Below, piece after piece: positions 52,687 to 61,913 of a stretch of DNA of 64,000 nt (within the stretch, counting starts at the first letter, position 1; each line of letters opens with the position of its first letter). Both the position numbers and the translations under genes were made by a program. Origin of the DNA: an uncultured Marinoscillum sp. (GTDB taxonomy: Bacteria > Bacteroidota > Bacteroidia > Cytophagales > Cyclobacteriaceae); assembly GCA_964351625.1 (NCBI GenBank), contig CAYGOV010000017.1, positions 4,054-68,053 of the forward strand. Reading direction: 5' to 3'. A model generated the notes under the pieces. The model did no database searches. It was not told the DNA's origin and saw only the letters and a list, made by a program, of their open reading frames with translations.

Positions 52687-53961
52687 TTAGATTTTCCCGA
52701 CGGTCCCATTAATCTTATCTAGACTTTTAAGCGCTATTGCCATCGAAAAAAGAATTACAGGATAAGAGTTCATGAATATTGGCTTGGTAAAATGAAAGAT
52801 GACCATCGCTGCTATCATGCCGATAAAATATTGTTTATCATATTGGCTATCTTCCTCCTTAATAGAAGATTTATATACCATTCTGAGTAGGAGTGAATAA
52901 ATAATTATCCCCATAAGCCCAAACTCACCAAGTATAGAAGCAAAATTACTTTCATAAACACCCTGCATCTCAGTAAAATGTCTATTCGTTAACCCGTACT
53001 TCTGATAAACCTTACTTCCCTCGGAAAACTTAGTTCCAAATGAACCTGCTCCAGCGCCAATAGGAAAATTGTTTCGAGCTATTACCGTAGAATAATAGAG
53101 CAGCAAACCTCTCGTATAATTTGATTCATCCACAGATATGGTTTGGGCAATATTCGTTTTAGTTTTTTCGTAAAGCTCTGTGTCTTTCAAAAGAATTACG
53201 GAAAATACGGTAATTAAAAGAAATAAAGAGATTACAAAAGATCGCAATATGAAGCCAAAATGTTGTTTTGTAAATATGGAAAATGTGATCGGTAAAAGTA
53301 AAAGAGGTGTTCTACTACCAGTTAAGAAAACTAATGCTATAAAAATTATTGTTACTATCCCATATTTGAGATATGTTAGCTTTTTACCATCGTAAAGCAA
53401 ATAGTATAGATAAAAAACTCCTAAAGTGATTCCAATATTATTTGGTTGTACTTGGAACCCTGCTAGACGCAAAAAATCGTTTCGATAGACAAGCTCAAAG
53501 CCTACCCAGTTATTAAATCTCTCCTGAAAAATCAGATTAATAATTACACCTATTGTCGTAATCCATAATATTGCAAGAAAACACTTTTTTAGTGTGTTAG
53601 GGTATTCCTTAAACAACCACACAAACGCAAAAACCAAAATGAAAAATTTCAAATGTATTATATTTTGGAGAATTACGTTAATCAAATAAAAGTTTATCCC
53701 CAGGAAAGAAATAGCAGTAAAATACGCGTAAGCTACGAAAACGAAAAAAACTGTTAATTTAAATTTTTGAAGAAATAGCAATCTCAAACCAAAGACTAAA
53801 AAAACTAACCCCACCAAGAGCTCATCGAAATTTGATAAAAAGCCAATTCCTGTAATTGCTTGAAGAAAATTTTGGAAAAGCACAATAAATATTATTGGAA
53901 TTGCAACAATAATATTTACGAATGCACTTTTTTTCTGGTTATTATTAAAGTGTAATTCCAA
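52687..53961 (-). CDS. wzy: Wzy polymerase / O-antigen-ligase-like membrane protein
   Basis: About 11 TM; RLAGFQVQPN, LTGSRT and PIGAGAGSFG periplasmic-loop motifs. Confidence 0.75.
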   Translation of the reverse strand: MELHFNNNQKKSAFVNIIVAIPIIFIVLFQNFLQAITGIGFLSNFDELLVGLVFLVFGLRLLFLQKFKLTVFFVFVAYAYFTAISFLGINFYLINVILQNIIHLKFFILVFAFVWLFKEYPNTLKKCFLAILWITTIGVIINLIFQERFNNWVGFELVYRNDFLRLAGFQVQPNNIGITLGVFYLYYLLYDGKKLTYLKYGIVTIIFIALVFLTGSRTPLLLLPITFSIFTKQHFGFILRSFVISLFLLITVFSVILLKDTELYEKTKTNIAQTISVDESNYTRGLLLYYSTVIARNNFPIGAGAGSFGTKFSEGSKVYQKYGLTNRHFTEMQGVYESNFASILGEFGLMGIIIYSLLLRMVYKSSIKEEDSQYDKQYFIGMIAAMVIFHFTKPIFMNSYPVILFSMAIALKSLDKINGTVGKI

Positions 53962-54820
53962 AATCTTTTCTTAATTTTTCTAAATCATTTTTAAAATACT
54001 GATCTGTCAATAATTTATTTTCATCCGTCATCTTAACTTTTTCTTTCATTGTGTTTTTGCTCATTAACCATGGCATAAAAATAGACCTAAGAGAAACTAT
54101 CAAATTTCGAGGAATTATAATTCTTAATGTTTTCTTAATCAGACTATCTTGATTTTTTACTATCCGAGTAATAAACCATTGTATGATGCGGTATTTTGAT
54201 TTGCCCCCCTCATTAAATTTCTTGTCTGTGTCTACCTGAATCAAATCCAGACCTAAAAAATCATAAACTTTATTTAGAGTACCTTTTACATCTCGACTCA
54301 ATTCCTCAGTGGTTAAAACAAGTAAGTTAGATCTCTCAAATACCTCCAGCCACTTAGTTAAATGCTGGTGATATAATCCATTTCTAAAATACGCTAGGTC
54401 GTATAATTCTCTAAAAGACAAGTTTGGACGCCAATCTCTTTTCATAGATTCAATAAAACTCACCTCTTCTTTCTCCCATCCATGTTTTATAGCGTGTCGG
54501 TATGCTGAATATGCCCGATCAGAAGGATTCCTGAGAATCGCAATTAACTTCATAGAAGAATTATAACTTCTTACGCGTTCAGGAACTTCTATTCCTGGTA
54601 GTAGGTGAGCATGCGATGTTAGAATAACTTTCTTCGTTTCACAATTAGGGAAAAACGAATGAAACTCATTTTTCCCTTTATCAAACAATCTTCTTTCTAG
54701 AAAAAAATTGGTTTCTTTAATCTTCGAAGTGCATACATCTGGATGCTGCTGAAGGTAATAAAATAACGAAGTTGTTCCGCCTTTTTGAGTTCCTATGATT
54801 AACGTGTTCACCAATAACAT
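53945..54820 (-). CDS. PAPS-dependent sulfotransferase (2 of 4), heparan-sulfate-sulfotransferase-like motifs
   Basis: IIGTQKGGTTSL...HPDV...KETNFF and KLIAILRNPSDRAYSAY motifs. Confidence 0.88.
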   Translation of the reverse strand: MLLVNTLIIGTQKGGTTSLFYYLQQHPDVCTSKIKETNFFLERRLFDKGKNEFHSFFPNCETKKVILTSHAHLLPGIEVPERVRSYNSSMKLIAILRNPSDRAYSAYRHAIKHGWEKEEVSFIESMKRDWRPNLSFRELYDLAYFRNGLYHQHLTKWLEVFERSNLLVLTTEELSRDVKGTLNKVYDFLGLDLIQVDTDKKFNEGGKSKYRIIQWFITRIVKNQDSLIKKTLRIIIPRNLIVSLRSIFMPWLMSKNTMKEKVKMTDENKLLTDQYFKNDLEKLRKDFGITL

Positions 54821-54865
54821 TTTGCTAAATTACAGTTAAAAGGAATTAACTCACTAGTTTTACAC

Positions 54866-55474
54866 ATGCAAAAAGTTTTTGGAATAGGGTTTCATAAAAC
54901 AGGAACTACGACACTAGAATCTGTTCTTACGAACCTAGGATACAAGGTGTGTGGTCCAAAGCGTGAACTTTTAGACTCAATAAAGTCTAACGATCTTAAA
55001 CATATTTTTCAATTAGTTGAAAAATATGATGCCTTTGAAGACGTTCCATGGCCTTTGATCTTTACAGAACTTGATCGTAAATATCCCAATAGTAAATTTA
55101 TTTTAACGACAAGAGATTCTGATAAATGGATAAAGAGTATTGTGAAACATTTCGGTTCTTCAAAAACCAAAATGAGAGAATTCATTTATGGAGTTGGCGA
55201 TCCTCGAGGTAATGAAGAAATTTACATCGAACGTTATATAAACCACAATGAATCTGTAAAGGCTTACTTCAAAGATAGACCAAATGATTTATTGATAATA
55301 GACTGGTCCAAAGAGAATGATCTATCCAGAATCTATGACTTCTTAAACATAGAATTACCGCCAAATAGAGTGCCACATAGTAATAGTGGAGATGCCAGAA
55401 AGTATGAATATATTAGAAAAATAAAGTCAAATTTTAAAGTTGGGCTAAAATCCTTTTTCGCGAAATTAAAATGA
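54866..55474 (+). CDS. PAPS-dependent sulfotransferase (3 of 4), short Sulfotransfer_4-like
   Basis: VFGIGFHKTGTTTL, FEDVPW, KFILTTRDSDKWIKS and PHSN motifs. Confidence 0.82.
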   Translation: MQKVFGIGFHKTGTTTLESVLTNLGYKVCGPKRELLDSIKSNDLKHIFQLVEKYDAFEDVPWPLIFTELDRKYPNSKFILTTRDSDKWIKSIVKHFGSSKTKMREFIYGVGDPRGNEEIYIERYINHNESVKAYFKDRPNDLLIIDWSKENDLSRIYDFLNIELPPNRVPHSNSGDARKYEYIRKIKSNFKVGLKSFFAKLK

Positions 55475-56157
55475 CATTAAAAAGAAATGACATTGAAGGT
55501 GACTCTGGAATTCTAATGTCGTTGGAGAATAAACCCAACCTTTTGGTTTCATTTGGAGGAATTAGACAAGGTATAGGAATACCCACCTTTGAGTTTTTCA
55601 ATTCTCTATCGGATATTAATTGTGATAAGGTGTTTATTAGAGACTTCAATCAAGCTTGGTATCAATTAGGTGTTGATGATGAAATAAATTCATGGAATGA
55701 ATTAAAAAATATTTTAGAAAAACTAATAGAAGATAATAAATATAAGAATGTGCTGTTTCTAGGTAATTCTATGGGTGGATATGCAGCTATGATGTTCGGC
55801 ACAATGCTACAAGTGAATCAAGTAGTTGCATTTGCGCCACAGACATTCATCAATAAAAGCAAAAGGCTTCTACATTTAGATTTTAGGTGGGAAAAGCAAA
55901 TAAGAAGCGTACATCAAAGCGCTAAGAAGTCCGGTTTTATTTTAAATCTGAAATCTCACCTTAAAAATCTTAAATCTTCAACCCTGATAGACATCTATTT
56001 CTCCGATATACACAGATTAGATAGAATTCATGCAAACCAATTATCCAAATCAAAAAATGTTACTTTACATCCACTTAAAGAAGGGGGTCATGCAGTAGTT
56101 AAAGGATTAAGGGACAGTGGAGCTCTTAAAAAGATTATAAAAGACACCTTTTCTTAA
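55471..56157 (+). CDS. Alpha/beta-hydrolase-fold protein
   Basis: GNSMGG nucleophile elbow, AFAPQT and GGH motifs. Confidence 0.65.
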   Translation: MTLKRNDIEGDSGILMSLENKPNLLVSFGGIRQGIGIPTFEFFNSLSDINCDKVFIRDFNQAWYQLGVDDEINSWNELKNILEKLIEDNKYKNVLFLGNSMGGYAAMMFGTMLQVNQVVAFAPQTFINKSKRLLHLDFRWEKQIRSVHQSAKKSGFILNLKSHLKNLKSSTLIDIYFSDIHRLDRIHANQLSKSKNVTLHPLKEGGHAVVKGLRDSGALKKIIKDTFS

Positions 56158-56161
56158 TTTG

Positions 56162-57493
56162 TTATTTATTGATAAATGGGATGTAAAAAGTTCTAATCTT
56201 GTAGAATTTCCACACTAGAATCAAATTTCCTACATTCAGGATTATTTTAGCGGCAACTGCTCCCATCGCTGCACCGATGAGACCATATCTTGGAATCAAA
56301 TAAATATTGATCAGAACATTTCCGGTTACGGAGAATATTTGAACAACATTGATAAATTTTTGCTTCCCGCTCATTGTTAAAATTTGACCTACAGGTCCAA
56401 TATAGGAAGAGATAAAAAAGCCTGTTGCTAAAATCATAAGAGAGGAGTGTCCCTGGGTAAATTCCTCGCCAAAAATTTGCAAGATCGGATTACGTAAAAA
56501 AAACAGTATTATCAAAGCAGGCAAGACAGTATAAAAAATAATTTTTGTCGCTTTTAAAGAAATATTTTTAATCTTATTTAGATCATTTTCATAATAAGCT
56601 CTAGAAATTTGAGCGCCGGAAATAGAATTTAAAGCCAATTCTGGAAGCTGCAATAATGTGCTTATCTTCAATGCTACATTATAAATCCCAACACTAAATT
56701 CAGACATGTAAATCCCAAGCATGATACCATCCAACCACCCGTTGATGAATATCATAGTTGTTGTAGGTATTTGGGGCAACGAATAACTAATTAGTTCTTT
56801 AAATGAGAAGTTCTTGTCAGGTGCTTCTTTAATCGAATTCAATTTTCTTATCCACATAAAAGAACTAATAAAAGCGGCAATATACAAAGCGATCAAATAG
56901 GCTATAACCCCCATCATCGATGTATCCATAAAATCCATACACCCACAAACCAACAAGAATGATATGGTCACTAAGCTGAATAGGTTTCTTGATGCATTTG
57001 AAAAGAAACTATAAGGGCCTATCTGCTTTAATCCTCTAAAATTCTGAGCATTGACTGAAATCAAAGACAAAGGAAGTACCCCAAACGATATCAATTGAAA
57101 TGCATCTATCAGTTTCTCATTATCAAATACCTCTATTGCCAGTTTGTAACTAAAAAAGTATAATAATAAATTGACCAACACTGATAAAGAACAGATAATC
57201 AACAGCACATTCACGTACAATGGCTTTACCTGTTGAATACTTCCATTGGTTTCAAACTTTGAAACCAATCGCATGGATGCTATATCAGTTCCAAACTTTC
57301 CAAGAATTGACGAAATGGTCAGAACTGCTAAAGAAAGAGAAAAAATCCCCCATGCTTCTGCTCCGTAATTACGTGTGACAATAAATGTAAACACATAAGC
57401 ACATCCAAGGCCAAAAAGTTTGATCACAAACGCAAGTGCACCACCGCGGAGTAATTCAGATTTATTAAATCTTTGAATAACCTTCCTAATCAT
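56162..57493 (-). CDS. wzx: Wzx flippase
   Basis: About 12 TM MATE-like; YGAEAWGIFSL, VGIYNVALKI and LIPRYGLIGAAMG motifs. Confidence 0.9.
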   Translation of the reverse strand: MIRKVIQRFNKSELLRGGALAFVIKLFGLGCAYVFTFIVTRNYGAEAWGIFSLSLAVLTISSILGKFGTDIASMRLVSKFETNGSIQQVKPLYVNVLLIICSLSVLVNLLLYFFSYKLAIEVFDNEKLIDAFQLISFGVLPLSLISVNAQNFRGLKQIGPYSFFSNASRNLFSLVTISFLLVCGCMDFMDTSMMGVIAYLIALYIAAFISSFMWIRKLNSIKEAPDKNFSFKELISYSLPQIPTTTMIFINGWLDGIMLGIYMSEFSVGIYNVALKISTLLQLPELALNSISGAQISRAYYENDLNKIKNISLKATKIIFYTVLPALIILFFLRNPILQIFGEEFTQGHSSLMILATGFFISSYIGPVGQILTMSGKQKFINVVQIFSVTGNVLINIYLIPRYGLIGAAMGAVAAKIILNVGNLILVWKFYKIRTFYIPFINK

Positions 57494-58673
57494 TTAAAAC
57501 TTTGGAATAAAATTCAATAAGTTTTTTACTTTCTACTTCCCAAGAAAGATTATTTTTAACTCGATCATATCCGAATTCTCCCATTTCAATCCTTTTATTG
57601 CTATTATCTAATAATGAAGAAATAGCATCTGCAAATGCTTGGATATTGTTATGCTCAACATATAGCGAAGCATCTTGTGCGGAAAATCGACCTTCATCCA
57701 AATCAAACTGAACAATTGGTTTCTTCAGAGCCATATACTCCATGATTTTATTCATGGTTGACATATTATTCATTGCCGAGGGTTTATCTGGATTTACACA
57801 AACATCAGCAGTATTTAAAATCGCAAGTAAGTCTTCGTCCGAAACCCTTCCATAAAAATCAAAAATATCATCAACATTTGAGTTTTTTGCATCTAACTTG
57901 ATTTGAGCAAGGTAAATGCCAGATCCTATAATTGCATATCGTACATCATCCCTTTTCTTTCTAAGCTCAACTGCAGCCTCAACTAATAAATCTAACCCCT
58001 CAGACTCTCCGATTACGCCTACATAGCCTATCAGATATTTCTTTCCATGTTTATATTTTGAATCTCCCGAAAGGATTTTAAGTTTATCCAATTTAGGCCC
58101 ACTTCTAACAATTGAAACTCTTGACGGAATCATACCACCTCGATCAATCGCAACTTTCCGATAAGATTCGTTAGTTGAAATGGACCAATTTGCGACTTTA
58201 AAATTCAATTTCTCTACAAAGCACAATGCTTGATAAAAAAAACCCTTTTTATCGTATTTAGAAATGTAAAATTCTGGGTTCACATCATGATGGTCAAAAA
58301 CATATTTCACGCCAAAAGCTTTAAAGAAAAAGGCAACAATGAATACTAAGTCTGGCGGATTGCAACCGTGAATAACATGAAAACGCTTTTTGAAAAAAAT
58401 ATTCAAGGATAACACAAACCAATAAAAAATTGCCTGTATATACTCTACGATATATCCCAAAGCTCCACTTCCCTCCCTAAGTGGATGCCTATAGATATCT
58501 ATCCCATTTATAATCTCTCTACTTTTAGAATAACCTTTCATTTTAGGGCAGATAATACTAATATCTGCACCATTCTCTTTCAGCGTGTTTGCTTCTTGCC
58601 ACACACGCCTATCAAAAGGCACTGGTAGGTTTTCAACGATTATTAGAATGTGTTTACCAGCAAATTCCTTCAT
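57486..58673 (-). CDS. GT4 glycosyltransferase
   Basis: VENLPVPFDRRVWQEA, HGCNPPD and NKIMEYMALKKP motifs. Confidence 0.9.
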   Translation of the reverse strand: MKEFAGKHILIIVENLPVPFDRRVWQEANTLKENGADISIICPKMKGYSKSREIINGIDIYRHPLREGSGALGYIVEYIQAIFYWFVLSLNIFFKKRFHVIHGCNPPDLVFIVAFFFKAFGVKYVFDHHDVNPEFYISKYDKKGFFYQALCFVEKLNFKVANWSISTNESYRKVAIDRGGMIPSRVSIVRSGPKLDKLKILSGDSKYKHGKKYLIGYVGVIGESEGLDLLVEAAVELRKKRDDVRYAIIGSGIYLAQIKLDAKNSNVDDIFDFYGRVSDEDLLAILNTADVCVNPDKPSAMNNMSTMNKIMEYMALKKPIVQFDLDEGRFSAQDASLYVEHNNIQAFADAISSLLDNSNKRIEMGEFGYDRVKNNLSWEVESKKLIEFYSKVLND

Positions 58674-59961
58674 AATTTTCTTTAGAAACTCTTTCAGAGT
58701 CTATTCTTACTAGATCAATAATCTGAATTTCCTTAGGAAGTCTTTTTAGTACGTCACCAAATTCATCAGACTTATTACCAATTACGAGTATATCAATATC
58801 AGTAATCACTTCATCTAAATTGCTCACTAACAGGCTTGAAATATGAGGTATGTGATTAGTGAGAAATTCCTTATTCTTACCCCTTAAAAAGGATAGATTC
58901 ACATTTTTATCATACAACTTCAGTTCATAACCCTTACCGATTAAGGTCTCAATTAGTGTTACAATTGGAGACTCTCTTAGATCATCAGTTCCTCCCTTAA
59001 AACTAAACCCCAAAAACCCTACTCTTTTCTTACCAAGTTTCATAACCATCTCAAGTCCTCTAGACACCTGATATTCGTTACTTTCAATAAGACTATTAAG
59101 GAGAGGTGTTTTAAGATCCAACTGCTTCGCTTTAAAGTTGAGTCCCCTGACATCTTTAGGCAAGCATGAACCACCAAATGCAAAACCAGGTTTCATGTAA
59201 TAAGAAGATAAATTGAGCTTTTTATCCTTAGCCACAATATCCATCACTACATGACCGTCCACTCCCAAACTTTTACAAATATTTCCAATTTCATTAGCAA
59301 AAGTTACTTTAACAGCATGGAAATTGTTATTTGCATACTTAATAAGTTCAGACTCTTTTGGTTTTAATTCGTAAAATGGCGCATCAATGTCATTATACAT
59401 TTCTTTCATTAGGTCCGTTGCTTTTTTAGAATTACTACCAGTAATTGTATACGGTGGATTCCAAAAATCTGCAATTGCTGTTCCTTCTCGTAAAAATTCC
59501 GGATTAGATACAACCGCAAAATCATCACTAGTTTTACCTGAAATTTCACTAATTAATTTGCTGCATTCGTCAATTGTCCCAGGTATTATTGTACTTCTAA
59601 TAGCAATGACATGAAACTTATCCTTCCTCTTTAAAGCTTCTCCAATCTCTTGACATACTGAATAAATGTATGCTAGATTAATACTCCCATTTATTTGACT
59701 AGGTGTGCCTACACAAATTAAGGAAACTTCAGAATTTGCTATTGCAAATTCCAAATCGTCTGTCGCTTTCAACTTTTTCTCTTTTACTCCATCAGAGATA
59801 TAGTCCTCTAATTCATGCTCTATTATTGGGGCTTTTCCAGCATTTATTAAGTCAATCTTGTTTTTATCAAGATCAACACCAATTACATTGTGTCCTGCTT
59901 TAGCAAAACAACCACAGGATACGGCTCCTACGTAACCCAAACCAAATACACTAATATTCAT
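58654..59961 (-). CDS. algD: GDP-mannose 6-dehydrogenase (AlgD-type nucleotide-sugar dehydrogenase)
   Basis: ISVFGLGYVG, ICVGTPS, NPEFLREG, GFAFGGSCLPKDVR and the C-terminal EGICW shared with Pseudomonas AlgD (from recall). Confidence 0.8.
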   Translation of the reverse strand: MNISVFGLGYVGAVSCGCFAKAGHNVIGVDLDKNKIDLINAGKAPIIEHELEDYISDGVKEKKLKATDDLEFAIANSEVSLICVGTPSQINGSINLAYIYSVCQEIGEALKRKDKFHVIAIRSTIIPGTIDECSKLISEISGKTSDDFAVVSNPEFLREGTAIADFWNPPYTITGSNSKKATDLMKEMYNDIDAPFYELKPKESELIKYANNNFHAVKVTFANEIGNICKSLGVDGHVVMDIVAKDKKLNLSSYYMKPGFAFGGSCLPKDVRGLNFKAKQLDLKTPLLNSLIESNEYQVSRGLEMVMKLGKKRVGFLGFSFKGGTDDLRESPIVTLIETLIGKGYELKLYDKNVNLSFLRGKNKEFLTNHIPHISSLLVSNLDEVITDIDILVIGNKSDEFGDVLKRLPKEIQIIDLVRIDSERVSKENYEGICW

Positions 59962-60800
59962 TATCTATAAAAAGGATATGTTAAAAATCGGATCACTATA
60001 TTCTTGAAATTTGTCATCTCCAGTTCTTGATCCTTTCGAACCGACAAAAATTCTGAGAGTCTTATTCGATTCCCCTCAAACAAATGGCCTACAGTAAATG
60101 TATTTTTTTCATAAAAATCATTCTCATCAAAAACTAAATCAAATGATGATGAAATTCTCTTAAGTGACAAAAAGGTATTATTTACCAAGTCTTCATATTT
60201 TATTTTAAGACAATCAACTTTTCGAAGCTTTAAGTAGGCAAATGATAATTGGCATAAAAAATTGCACCCAAGATAATATAATAATGCAGAGACAAAACTT
60301 TTTCTGGGTTGCATTAAGCCTCTTTTTGAAAATGATTTTATAACCGACTTGGGGTCTTTAATAACGTAAAGTACCTTAACTTCTAAATCAGGAATGGCAC
60401 TTAAATGGATGGCTCTAGCTGGATACTTTGAGGAATCTACTATAATTTCTGATTCAAATTTATCAAATATTTTAACAAGTAATGATTTTGTTTTTTCTAA
60501 ATATTCAGACTTGTTTCGTGAAGTAATAAACGGTAACCAAGTATAGTATTCAAATCTTCTCAAAGTTTTATTAAACTCTTGATACTCATCCTTAGACATG
60601 GCCAGTGAATTACCAATTTGGTGCCATAATTTATATGTGGGATGATCTTTGTCCAATCCTATGACATTCCCTTCATTTCTATAGAACCTATTTATCTCTC
60701 CACAGCTTTCTATTCCATCTAAATTTCCAATTAAAATGTCTGTAAGTGTTGTGCCGCTCCTTCCGCAACCCATTATATAGATAACTGTTCTCTTTTTCAA
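59961..60800 (-). CDS. PAPS-dependent sulfotransferase (4 of 4)
   Basis: YIMGCGRSGTTL, IIVDSSK, YVIKDPKSVIKS and IKYEDLV motifs. Confidence 0.85.
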   Translation of the reverse strand: MKKRTVIYIMGCGRSGTTLTDILIGNLDGIESCGEINRFYRNEGNVIGLDKDHPTYKLWHQIGNSLAMSKDEYQEFNKTLRRFEYYTWLPFITSRNKSEYLEKTKSLLVKIFDKFESEIIVDSSKYPARAIHLSAIPDLEVKVLYVIKDPKSVIKSFSKRGLMQPRKSFVSALLYYLGCNFLCQLSFAYLKLRKVDCLKIKYEDLVNNTFLSLKRISSSFDLVFDENDFYEKNTFTVGHLFEGNRIRLSEFLSVRKDQELEMTNFKNIVIRFLTYPFYR

Positions 60801-61882
60801 CTTGCAAAAACAGCTTTAATATTTCTAATAAGAATTAATAAAATTGAAACTACGAGACCTATAAACAGGAACACAAACACAATCATAATCCGACTCGGTT
60901 CACTCTTTATAACCGGTATAGTAACTGGATCAAGCGTAGAAAAGACAGGTATATTATCATTTAATTGAAGCTTTACTGACTCTCTTTGTTGTGCTAATTG
61001 ATTATACACATTGAAAGCCAAATTGTATTCAAACTGCAATCTCTCTACTTCCGTTTTAGCTCTCGATGTACTAATATTTATATTTCTATCTCTGAATTCT
61101 GCTAATTTTCTTTCAGCATTTTCAAAATCATTTTTCCTTTCCTTTAGCTGTTGATCGACAAATTCAAGCTGAACTCTGCTTTTCTTTACAGTATAATTTT
61201 TAACGAATTCAGTGATATATAAAAGAGTAAATTTATTGACGTAAGCAGCAACTTTAGGGTCTTGCATTTTCACCTCAATACTGATTGTATTTAAATCCCA
61301 ATCCATTAACACAAATATTCTTTTCTTTAAATCCTCTGCAACATAGAGTTCATTTATTGTCAGAAACATAATATCGTTTTCTAGATCAATATTCTCTGAT
61401 ACAGCAGTATCGTCTTTCAACCAATTGATTATAGTAGCAGGGACAGAAAGCAAATACGAAAAAGCACTTACCTTTCTATCATTCAAATAATAATCATGCA
61501 GGGAAGTAGTTTTATTTAATTCTTCAAAATAATATTCAGAGTGCATAATCTCATATAAAAATGGAACACTTTGAGATATACTTTGATATAGCCCCGGGCT
61601 TATTCCCTGACTTCCAGACATGCTACCCAAATTCAATCCAGCAAGCGAAGCTAGCCCGCCTAGAGAACCATTGATTTTACTATCACTACTATTTGATTCA
61701 GCAATTAACGTTGAGGTTGAACTGTATTCATTTGGTGTTGTTATCGCTACAAAAATTCCCAAAACGATAAATATACATGTCAATTTGATAATAAACCACC
61801 GACGATTCCAAAATAGAATTCCAATTGCAAGCAAATCAATTTCATTATCAGAAACAATTTTGATTTTTTCTTCTCTCATCAT
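60797..61882 (-). CDS. wzz: Wzz chain-length determinant (PCP-1 type)
   Basis: EIDLLAI, two TM flanking a coiled-coil periplasmic region, PVIKSEPSR proline motif. No tyrosine-kinase domain. Confidence 0.88.
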   Translation of the reverse strand: MMREEKIKIVSDNEIDLLAIGILFWNRRWFIIKLTCIFIVLGIFVAITTPNEYSSTSTLIAESNSSDSKINGSLGGLASLAGLNLGSMSGSQGISPGLYQSISQSVPFLYEIMHSEYYFEELNKTTSLHDYYLNDRKVSAFSYLLSVPATIINWLKDDTAVSENIDLENDIMFLTINELYVAEDLKKRIFVLMDWDLNTISIEVKMQDPKVAAYVNKFTLLYITEFVKNYTVKKSRVQLEFVDQQLKERKNDFENAERKLAEFRDRNINISTSRAKTEVERLQFEYNLAFNVYNQLAQQRESVKLQLNDNIPVFSTLDPVTIPVIKSEPSRIMIVFVFLFIGLVVSILLILIRNIKAVFAS

Positions 61883-61913
61883 TTTGCTACTAGACTATTA
61901 ATAATTCAGGCTC

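Noticed and set aside
58654-59961. Alginate biosynthesis operon
   Set aside because: Only the AlgD-like gene is present; no synthase-dependent machinery, and the context is Wzx/Wzy.
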